From Octopus vulgaris (Eukaryota): a stretch of 64,000 nucleotides of DNA. Location: assembly GCA_951406725.2 (NCBI GenBank), contig OX597815.1:20336001-20400000 (forward strand). The letters are read 5' to 3'. The notes below the pieces were generated by a model, which had not been told where the DNA came from, did not search any database, and was given only the letters and a program-made list of their open reading frames with translations. This document shows positions 53,346 to 64,000 of the stretch, in pieces. Position 1 is the stretch's first letter. Each line of letters starts with the position of its first letter. Position numbers and translations under genes: made by a program.

Positions 53346-55190
53346 GTTGGACGGTTTGACTGGGGTCTGGAAAGCCAGGAGGCTGCACCAGGCTCCAGTC
53401 TGATCTGGTAGTGTTTCTACAGCTGGATGCCCTTCCTAACACCAACCACTCTGTGAGTGTAGTGGGTGCTTTATATGTGCCAGTCGAGGCTGGCAGTGGT
53501 TATGATCAGTTGGTGCTTTTTACATGCCACCAGCACAGGAGCCAGTCAGGCAGCATTAGCAGCAACTATGCTCGAATGGTACTTATTATGTGTCACCGGC
53601 ACAGGAGCCAGTTAGGCATAGGCCATGGTTATGGTCTCATTTGGCTTGCCGGGTCTTCTCAAGCACAGCATATCCCAAAGGTTTCAGTCACTAGTCATTG
53701 CCTCAGTGAGGCCCAATGTTTGAAGGTCGTGCTTCACCACCTCATCCCAGGTCTTACTGAGTCTACCTCTTCCACAAGTTCTCTCTACTGCTAGGGTGTG
53801 ACACTTTTTCACACAGCTGTCCTCAACCATTTGCAACACATGACCATACCAGCGCAATCGTCTCTCTTGCTCACCACATCTGATGCTTCTTAAGTCTAAC
53901 TTTTCTCCCAGGGCACTTACACTCTGTCATGTATGCACACTGACATTACACATCCAGCAGAGCATGCTGGCTTCATTCTTTGCAAGCTTACGCATGTCCT
54001 CAGCAGTCACGGCCCATGTTTCACTGCCATGCTGCATGGCTGGTCATACACATGCGTTATACAGTCTACCTTTTACTCTGAGCAAGAGGCCCTTTGTCAC
54101 CAGCCCTCTGAACTTTGCTCAGGCTATTCTTATTCCAGCAGCTACACTTTCAGAGCATCCACCCCCGCTACTGACTTGGTCACCTAGATAATGGAAGCTA
54201 TCAACTACTTCTAGTTTTTCCCCCTGGAATGTGACGGAAGCTGTTTTCTGCACATTTTCAGTGTTTATTACTCCTGAGCATTTGTCACACACAAAGACTA
54301 TCTTCTCAGTTTGTCTTCCTTTGATGTTGCTGCACCTCTTATGTGTCCATAGCTTACACTGAGTACATCTTATGGAGTGTCTACCTACACGTTTTCTAAA
54401 GATTGAGCAGGGCCATCTTCCTGAAGGGATTTGTGGTTTGTCTGCCTTCCTACTTATTAAAACTTTAGTTTTTGCTAGGTTGACTCTAAGGTCCTTCAAT
54501 TCTAGACTTTACTTTCACACCTGAAACTTCTCCTCTAGTTCTGATAGTAACTCAGCTAATAGAGCAAGATCATCAGCATAGAGAAAGAAGCTCCCAGGGT
54601 CATCCTGTCTTGAATTTCTCTGTTATTGCCTGGAGGACTTTGAAGAATAGGAGGGGGCTGAAAACTGATCCTTGGTGGATCCCTACCTGGAATTCTTCAC
54701 TGTACTCGTTACCAACCCTCACCTTACTGACAGCATCCCTGTACATGGCTTGTACAGCTCTCACTAACCACTCATCTATTCCTAGTTTCCTCATTGACCA
54801 CTAGGTAAGGGATGGGAGGACCCCTGTCAAAGGATTTCTTCATGTCAATGAAAGCTAGGTACAGCGGTTTATCTGTGGCCAGGTATTTCTCCTGCAGCTG
54901 TCTTATCAGAAATATAGCATCAGTGGTGCTTTTCCCTGGCACTAACCCAAACTGCATGTCATCTAGACTGACTCTCTCCCTAATTAGTTGGGCTATGACC
55001 CTCTCCCTAATTAGTTGGGCTATGACTCTCTCCCTAATTAGTTGGGCTATGACTCTCTCCCTAATTAGTTGGGTTATGACTCTCTCTCTAATTAGTTGGG
55101 CTATGACCCTCTCCCTAATTAGTTGGGCTATGACTCTCTCTCTAATTAGTTGGGCTATGACACTCTCCCTAATTAGTTGTGCTATGACTC
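53346..55190 (-). mobile_element. RTE-type LINE, 5'-truncated, pseudogenised RT
   Basis: QFGLVPGKSTTDAIF, LAFIDMKKSFDR, GIHQGSVFSPLLF, YADDL and FHYLG. A Cys-rich insert (CSIF...CTQCKLWTHKRC...CDKC) lies before FHYLG. The ORF runs into the abundant 3' repeat. Confidence 0.92.
54970..55190. repeat. 27-bp tandem repeat x8 (encodes RVIAQLIRE on the minus strand)
   Basis: Unit CTCTCTCCCTAATTAGTTGGGCTATGA. Confidence 0.95.
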
Positions 55191-58100
55191 TGGTGTTGTG
55201 CAAATGGCACCCTTGCCAGTGGCACATAAAAAGCACCCATTACACTCTTGGAGTGGTTGGCATTAGGAAGGGCACCCAGCCATAGAAAACCATGCCAAAT
55301 CAGACTGGAGTCTGGTGCAGTCTTCCAGCGTGCCAGCCCAGTCAAACCTTTCAACCCATGCCAGCATGGACAACGGACGTTAAATGGTGAGGTTGGTGAT
55401 AATGAATGGCAACACTCACCTTAGGATATTTACAAATATATTTGATATGACTGTGTCTTTAGTTACACCCTGATTCACATTTTGCCTTTACATTTACATT
55501 CACACACACACACACACACACTGATATATATATATATATACATGATCTCAGCATTTTTGACATTCTTGTAGCAAAATTATTTACTGAGACACAATCCAAA
55601 CAAATGAAGAGAGAGAGGGGGAGGAGAGGGGAGAGAAAGAGAATATGGCTAAAGATACAGTAAAATCACAAGCTTTGCTGTCTTGATAATATTCCTTCTC
55701 CTCTGTCTTTCTATTTAAATTTCCACTTGCTTCACTATCTTCATCTATCTCTTTATTGCTGTCTCTCACTTCCTCTCTCTCTTTCTTTCTCTCTATTCGA
55801 GTTACTTCCCTTAGTATTACATGAAATGTACGTAGTTAAGAATGTACTATTGTATAAATATGTACTGTTGTTAAAAAAATATATATAAAAGAAAACAGGA
55901 TATTCAAGTCTGTTGAATGAGAGCTGACCTAGAGACAAAAAATCGTGACAATGTGCAAGATCCCTATCTTCATTGGTGACACTAACTACTTGGCTATTGT
56001 GCTGATCATGATTGGGATATCAAACTTTAAAATCTCTAACCAACTGATTTAGAAGCTGCCATTACTCTACATATCCTGAATGACAATTAGTCCAACTGAG
56101 ACAAATTGTATATTCCTAATACAATGTTGCATTATATATATAAAATTGCTTATTTTATCTGTACCCTGTATTTTATCTTCCCTACTCTGAGTTTCTATCA
56201 AACTAAATTTGTATATAATTACCATACTCCTATAAATTGATACAAAGAGAAAGAGGTATAATGTTTTATTCTAATGGCGTCGCCTTACTACCAGCGTTGC
56301 CTTGCTGGCACTTGTGCCCCGTGCTAGTAGGGTGCTAAGAGCACCATCCAAGCGTGATCGTTGCCAGAGCGGCTAACTGGCTTCCGTGCCGGTGGCACGT
56401 AAAAGGCACCATTCGAGTGTGATCGTTACCAGTGTTGCCTTACTGGCACGTGTAAAAACATTCGAGCGAGGTCTTTGCCAGTACCACCTGACTGGCCCCC
56501 GTGCCGGTGGCACGTAAAAGCACCCACTACACTCTTGAAGTGGTTGACTGTAGAAACTCTGCCAGATCAAGATTGGAGCCTGGTGCAGCCATCTGGTTCG
56601 CCAGCCCTCAGTCAAATCGTCCAATCCATGCTAGCTTGATGACGATATCTGAGAGGAATGTTAATTTAATTTTTATTTTATTATGGTCGAGTGATAGTCA
56701 AAATACCTAGTGATACTTAGTTATGCCCCATTACAGGATCATCATTTTGTATCTGCTTTCCATACCTGCATTGTTTGCTTGGGTTATTACAGGCGACTCT
56801 GTGCTTATTTGGAGTTACTGCCCCTTTCACACAGATTGGAGGACCTTGTCTCGCTTTTATGTTTCACATTTGGCACGGGTTCTATGATGCTTTTCCTTAT
56901 ACTAACTACAAGGTGCATTGGGTACGTTTTATCATGATACTAGCATTAGAGGAGTTGTCATGTCTTTGGTATGACTAAAGGGTCCTTTCAGCCTTACGTT
57001 GTCTCCACTTATTTGTTAACCACTTAGATTGAAACCATTGTTAACATCATCATCATCATTTAATGTCCGCTTTCCATGCTAGCATGGGTTGGATGATTTG
57101 ACTGAGGGCTGGCAAACCAGATGGCTGCATCAGGCTCCAATCTGATCTGGCAGAGTTTCTAAAGCTGGATGCCATTCCTAATGCCAACCACTCCAAGAGT
57201 GTAGTGGGTGCTTTTATGTGCCACCGGCACGAGGGCCAGTCAGGCGGTACTGGCAACGGCCATCTGCACAGGAGCCAGTCCAGCGACACTGGCAATGACC
57301 TCGCTTCGAATGTTTTTCACGTGCCACCAGCACAGGTGCTTGTAAGGCGACGCAGGTAATGATCATGCTCGAATGGTAGAGGCCAGCTTGCTGCTCTGGC
57401 AAAGATCTCACTCATATGGTACTCTTCTTTAATCTGTGTCTCTGTTCGAAGCAAACAATACTGAATGTGACTAAGAGAGATTGATGAGAAAGAGGATGTA
57501 AGAAGGGAGATTATAATCAGGAGTGTGACAGGGAAATCAGTGATAGGAGTGAGAGGGTAGTAGAGGAATGAGTTATGGAAGAGAGACTTTGATAGCTTTG
57601 GTGGTTGTTAAAGAGATTGACTAGGAAAATTCTGGTAGAAGTGTAATAGGATAGTGATAAAAGTAGTCAAATACTGTTGAGATTAGCTTTTATAAACCAA
57701 TAAGGAACCCTCCATGTAGTCCAATAAACTAATAAGGGATCCTCCTGCTAGGAATAACACCCAAATTTCCCTTGAATAACATCCTACCATCTTGAAAAAG
57801 GATGGACACATATGATAATGTGGTTCTAGATACATTATGCTTGAAGAAAAGATGGGAGTTCACAGTTCTAAAGTTTCCTGGATCATGGCTTACTTGGGGT
57901 TAAACAGCTACAACTTTGCTTTCTTTCTTCCAGCAGGTATTGGTCTTGGTATAATCGATTATACCTCTCCCCTACTAAACTTGTGGGGAACAGCTGAAAC
58001 TGGATTAGCATGATTAAGTTGGATTTTGAATTGATGTTTGATCCTTGCATTATATGGTATTGTCCCTTGGACTTGAAACTGGTTAATAATCTCTGCATCA

Positions 58101-58679
58101 GACATTTGTGATTGACATGCCTAGTCAGTTCTTGTTGGCATTGCTATGGACTGGTTCAAGTTGGTATAACTCATCTTGGGGGTGAACACCAATCATCATC
58201 ATCGTTTAACGTTCGTTTTCCGTGCTAGCACGGGTTGGACAGTTCGACCGGGGTCTGGGAAGCCAGGGGCTGCACCAGGCTCCAGTCTGATCTGGCAGTG
58301 TTTCTACGGCTGGATGCCCTTCCTAATGCCAATCACTCCGCGAGTGTAGTGGGTGCTTTTTATGTGCCACCGGCACAGTATAAGTACCAATATAAGTACA
58401 AAAAAGAAGTGGTTGCTGCTCATGACCTTTGCAGGCTTTCCCATCTCTGGAACAATCTCTCTCACTTTAAGAATGCATGCACAAAAGAAGAATGCATTGA
58501 GATACACCTTTGAAAATGTATAATTAGTGCCAAAAAAGGAGACATGAAAAACCTTTGCTCGATAAAAGAGTATTTTCTTTTCAAGCTTATGATATTCATT
58601 TATTCATTCTTGTTTTTATAATTCATATTTTATATATTTATATTAAAATTGCTGTCTCTTTTCCCTTTTTTGTTATTAG

Positions 58680-58796
<117 letters not shown>

Positions 58797-59846
58797 TAAT
58801 TTATAAACTAAAAACGTTTAATCGACTCAAACTAACGTTTAAATCTTTCTTTCTTGATCAATATTACTGCAAAACAAAGTTATACAGCAAAGAAATAAAT
58901 ACAATTGGAAGGTATCATCTCATACATTTCTTATAAAAGTCTTAGTGAAATTAGTGATCTTTGTAGCTTCATTGTGTAATTAAAGACATTTAACAATATT
59001 TTTTGATACAGTTTATTAGAAAGGAATAAGCAAGGAGTCAATAACATCTAGTCATTGCAAACAATGAGAAAGCAAAAGTAGATTATGTACTTGTTGCACC
59101 AGGTGTACTAGAATACCTATTAGCATGAATAGTCATTGGTCACAGTACATAAGTTTTGCTATGTATATGACAGAGTTAGAACTGGAAATATGGGTTTAGC
59201 AATAGGAAAATGGTTAGAATGCAAGGTGGGTGAAAAGTACATGAAGAGAACCAATAAATTCTCTTCATGTAGAAGAGAGTGTTTAGTGCTTATGTAAGAT
59301 GGCTAAAGATGACATTGTAACTTTAGGTATTGAAAGCAGGTTGTGTGGTAGTTGTAGAGAAATGAGTTGTATATGGTTCACTAGGTGTCTGATACAATTA
59401 AATTGTAGGAAGTAGTAAATAAAGCAAACTTTGGTAAGTAGCTGCATTGGAAATATTGGGCTGATTAATAGAAAACTGGTGTCCTGTTATGGACTGTTAA
59501 TTTTCATGGTTGATATTTGTTAAAAAACTCTCCTATTAGAAGTAGGCTGATGAATTGAAATGTAAGTATCTCGGAATTGATGTTCTGTTTCATGACTGCG
59601 GTTTATAGTAAGATGTTGCATTGTAAACCCATTCTTTGGAGTTGTAGATAAGCAACAGTTAAAATTGAGACATTGATGACCCTTATTGAAGCTGGCTGAA
59701 ATATCAATAAGTTGTTTAATTATTTGGAAGTAAACAGATCCTAGTGAAAAACAAATGTCAGTATCAGATGAAATATATGAGCTACAGATACTCTCTTGCC
59801 ACTTTCAAAGTCATAAATACTGTAGCTCATTGATTAGCTGGTTGAA

Positions 59847-60367
59847 GGTGGCGAGTTGACAGAATTGTTAGCACACCGGGCGAAATGCGTAGCTGTATTT
59901 CGTCTACCATTACGTTCTGAGTTCAAATTCCGCCGAGGTCAACTTTGCCTTTCATCCTTTCGGGGCCGATTAAATAAGTACCAGTTACGCACTGGGGTCG
60001 ATATAGTCGACTTAATCCGTTTGTCCTCTCTGTGTTTAGCGTAGCCGTATTTCGTCTACCATTACGTTCTGAGTTCAAATTCCGCCGAGGTCAACTTTGC
60101 CTTTCATCCTTTCAGGGTCGATTAAATAAGTACCAGTTACGCACTGGAGTCGATATAGTCGACTTAATCCGTTTGTCCTCTCTGTGTTTAGCGTAGCCGT
60201 ATTTCGTCTGCCATTACGTTCTGAGTTCAAATTCCACCGAGGTCAACTTTGCCTTTCATCCTTTCGGGGCCGATTAAATAAGTACCAGTTACGCACTGGG
60301 GTCGATATAGTCGACTTAATCCGTTTGTCCTCTCTGTGTTTAACCCCTTGTGGGTAGTAAAGAAATA
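59847..60367 (+). mobile_element. Meta-type SINE with an internal 152-bp triplication
   Basis: Units start at 59887, 60039 and 60191. A single 15-bp TSD GATTAGCTGGTTGAA flanks the whole element. Confidence 0.92.
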
Positions 60368-60535
60368 GATTAGCTGGTTGAAAACATATAACCTATGATA
60401 CTATCATAGTTATAAATAAGATTTAGAAAACCCACCTCAAAAAGCTTACATCATACAGGCTCTCTTTTTTTATATATTAACATATCATCATTTTTAATTT
60501 CTTAAGGCTAAATGTTTTTAATTTTTGTCTTCCAG

Positions 60536-60674
60536 AACTGGTTTATTCACACCAGACATGGCTTTTGAGACAATTGTCAAAAAACAAATTGAAAAATTAC
60601 GTGAACCATCTTTAAAATGTGTTGATATGGTTGTTTCCGAACTTACAAGTGTAGTGAGAAAATGTACTGATAAA
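60536..60674 (+). CDS. DNM: Dynamin exon 10 (139 nt): [46 protein letters not shown]
   Basis: TTCCAG / GTAAGA, open frame. Confidence 0.97.
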
Positions 60675-60761
60675 GTAAGATTTTAATTTTCATTTCTTAA
60701 TGACTTAAATTTATATATTATATTCTTACCTAAATCTATATATTATATTCTTACTTTTCAG

Positions 60762-60919
60762 ATGTCCCGTTACCCCCTTCTGCGAGAAGAAACAGAAAGG
60801 ATTGTTAATTCTGTTATTCGTGAGCGTGATCAGAAATCTAAAGATAATTTACTTCTCTTGGTTGACATACAATTAGCATATATGAATACAAACCATGAAG
60901 ATTTCATTGGTTTTGCAAA
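60762..60919 (+). CDS. DNM: Dynamin exon 11 (158 nt): [53 protein letters not shown]; gene continues beyond the window
   Basis: TTTTCAG / GTAAGT. Conserved [12 protein letters not shown]. Confidence 0.97.
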
Positions 60920-60926
60920 GTAAGTT

Positions 60927-61320
60927 ACTCATTTACTCTTTTACTTGTTTCAGTCATTAGATTGCGGTCATGCTGGAGCACCGCCTTTAATCGAGCAACT
61001 CGACCCTGGGATTTATTCTTTGTAAGCCCAGTACTTATTCTATCGGTCTCTTTTGCCGAACCGCTAAGTGACGGGGACATAAACACACCAGCATCGGTTG
61101 TCAAGCAATGCGAGGGGGACAAACATACACACACATATACATATATATACATATATACGACGGGCTTCTTTCAGTTTCCGTCTACCAAATCCACTCTCAA
61201 GGCTTTGGCCGGCCCGAGGCTATAGTAGAAGACACTTGCCCAAGGTGCCACGCAGTGAGACTGAACCCAGTACCATGTGGTTGGTAAACAAGCTACTTAC
61301 CACACAGCCACTCCTGCACC
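60927..61320 (-). mobile_element. CORE-type SINE directly after the exon 11 donor
   Basis: Reverse complement of the 34726 family. Its tail begins just after GTAAGT. Confidence 0.9.
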
Positions 61321-63395
61321 TAGTTGTTGATGATTTTTAATATTTTAGTATTCAATTTTTATTTTGAGAGTTTTGAAGTAATGATTATAATTGAAATCTA
61401 AAGAATTAAAAAATTTAGATTCAAATTTAAATTTATTCAAGTTAATACTTACAATACATCATAGTTATAGTAATTAATGTTCTCTTGCATTTGCTTCTAT
61501 TAGAACATAGCTTGATACTTTCTAAAAGTGAACTGGAGCGTTTAGCTCTGTGTCTATTCTAATCCAACAGACTTATGATCAGAAACGTACAAGCCATGAC
61601 CATCCCAACTTTTTCGGAGCATCTTTAGGAGGACATCATTATCCTTTATATTTCTATTTGTGTTCTTTCCTTTTTTAAAACAGTTGTGTGTGATTTGAGT
61701 GAGATGTGACTGCTATTTCTAGGAGGCCTAGAAGCTTCCATGGTTATGTTGCCAAAGAATATTAACTAATATCCATCAACAATATCCGTTGTCAGCCTCG
61801 CCTGGCCCCGTGCCGGTGGCATGTAAAAGCACCATCCGTTCGTGGCCGTTTGCCAGCTCCGTCTGGCACCTGTGCGGGTGGCACGTAAAAAGCACCCACT
61901 ACACTCACGGAGTGGTTGGCGTTAGGAAGGGCATCCAGCCATAGAAACACTGCCAGATCAGACTGGGCTATGATGCAGCCTTCTGGCTTCGCAGACCCCA
62001 GTTGAACCGTCCAACCCATGCTAGCATGGAAAGCGGACGCTAAATGATGATGATGATGATGATTATCATATAAGAAAGTTGCTAGTTTGCTAGTTCTTTT
62101 GGTGCAAACCTGATCATTTCAACTCAACTTCTTGTATTTTGTGAGGTTCGTGAGTTTGTATATCATAGGGAGAAGTTGAAATCTGACATTTCAGGACAGA
62201 CTTTTCATTTGAGAGAAAAGAAATTTTTCAGTATTAAATTCTGTTTCTCCCTACTACACATGAACTTGTCCACCCTTCTGAATTTCATTTCATAATTTTT
62301 AATAACCCAATCCATCTCAGATTGTTTTTTTTTAGGTTACCTTCAATTTATCCTTATTCAATTTTGTAGCAATCATTATTTCAGGACATATTTCCTATTG
62401 ATATAGGTATTTCATTGACATATTCATACTTCTTAAGTTGTCTTTGGTCGTAGCCATAGTTATAGTTTTCTTTGTTTTTAATTTATTTTCAAGTCAAACA
62501 GGACTTATGAACATAGTAGGGTGGCAGTTTAAGTTTTTACAGTCTTGAGTGTGATCTTTACCCACATCGCCTTACTAGCACTTGTACTGGTGGTGTGTAA
62601 AAAAACATTCGAGCGAGGTCATTGCCAGTGCCGCAGGTGGCACATAAAAAGCACCATTTGAGCGTGGCCGTTGCCAGTACCGCCTGACTGGCCCTCATGC
62701 CGGTGGCACGTAAAAGCACCCACTACACCTTCGGAGTGGTTGGCGTTAGGAAGGGCATCCGGCTGTAGAAACTCTGCCAGATCAGATTGGAGTCCGGTGC
62801 AGCCATCTGGTTCGCCAGACCTCAGTCAAATCGTCCAACCCATGCTAGCATGGAAAGTGGATGTTAAGTATGAAAGAATTAAAGCATTCCAGCAATATTT
62901 TCACTGTTTGCATTGCTCACTGAGCTTGTGGTTGATGTGCTGAGTGTCAGATTAGTCAGTCATTTTAGTGTTTGAGATAAATTACTTGAAACAAGGCTCT
63001 TTCAACTAAGAAATGTTTCTTGTCATTTTCTGCTATGAGCATATTTCAAGTTTCAGTTGTAGTTTTGTCTTCTCTAACAAATCTTGTGGTAAGCTATCTA
63101 AAATTATCTTGAAAATTATCCACATCAACAGAAAGCTTGTTGTTTACCTTACAAAGGCCTGCTGTTGTGTTTTGTCATTAACAGTTTTTGCATTTGCTGC
63201 TGCTTCTTCATCATCATTATCATCGTTTAATGTCTGTTTTCCATGCTGACATATGTTGGATGGTTTGACTGAAGCTGGCCAGCTGGAAAGCTGCGCCAGG
63301 TTCCAATCGTCTGTTTTGGCACATTCTTATGGGTGGATGCCTTTCCTAATGCCAACCACTTCACAGTGTGCTGGGTGCTGTTTATATGACACCAG

Positions 63396-63783
63396 GAGGC
63401 GCAATGGCCCAGTGGTTAGGGCAGCGGACTCGCGGTCATAGGATCGCGGTTTCGATTCCCAGACTGGGCGTTGTGAGTGTTTATTGAGCGAAAACACCTA
63501 AAGCTCCACGAGGCTCCAGCAGGGGATGGTGGTGATCCCTGCTGTACTCTTTCACCACAACTTTCTCTCACTCTTACTTCCTGTTTCTGTTGTGCCTGTA
63601 TTTTAAAGGGCCGGCCTTGTCACTCTCTGTGTCACGCTGAATATCCCCGAGAACTATGTTAAGGGTGCACGTGTCTGTGGAGTGCTCAGCCACTTACACG
63701 TTAATTTCACGAGCAGGCTGTTCCGTTGATTCGGATCAACCGGAACCCTCGTCGTCGTAACCGACGGAGTGCTTCCCCCCCCC
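63396..63783 (+). mobile_element. tRNA-derived SINE nested in an RTE 3' remnant
   Basis: A box TGGCCCAGTGG, B-like GGTTTCGATTCCC, 14-bp TSD TTATATGACACCAG, oligo-C end. Confidence 0.88.
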
Positions 63784-64000
63784 TTATATGACACCAGCAT
63801 GGGCGCTTTTACCTTGCAACAGCATGGGTTCTTATGTGGCACCTGCATAGGTGCCGTTTATGTAGAACTGGCACAGGTACCTTCACATAGAACAAGCATG
63901 GGTGTTTTTCCCCGACACTAAAATGAGCACTTCTTATGTGTCAGTGAAATGGGTGTTTTTTTACATGACACTGAAACGGATGCTTTTTGTGTAGTACAAG

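Noticed and set aside
54970-55190. CRISPR-like array or repeat protein
   Set aside because: Head-to-tail units with no spacers, derived from LINE RT sequence in a eukaryotic intron.

Overview
AT-rich, microsatellite- and retroposon-dense eukaryotic DNA. The SINE/LINE repertoire suggests an octopus (coleoid cephalopod); this is an inference from repeat families. The only host gene I can support is a + strand classical dynamin. Ten GT-AG coding exons (34404-60919, 1332 nt in frame) cover the GTPase motifs G2-G4 and the middle/stalk domain. Exon 1 (P-loop) was not found, so the first 34 kb is probably intron 1; the PH/GED/PRD exons lie beyond the window. The introns hold about 30 5'-truncated ends of one RTE-type LINE, several tRNA-derived SINE families (CORE-, Meta- and V-domain-like), a decayed Helitron plus non-autonomous Helitrons, Penelope, CR1 and BovB-like fragments, and Tc1/mariner, pogo, piggyBac, hAT and Merlin-like MITEs. 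The most unusual items are an 861-bp fold-back transposon made of two transposase 3' ends just upstream of exon 2, a tRNA-headed SINE carrying a decayed hammerhead-like motif, a Merlin-like MITE with telomeric hexamers, a Tigger4-like element, a pre-miRNA-sized hairpin, and many inverted repeat pairs able to form dsRNA in the dynamin pre-mRNA. Family names and comparisons with human exon sizes are from memory, not from searches.
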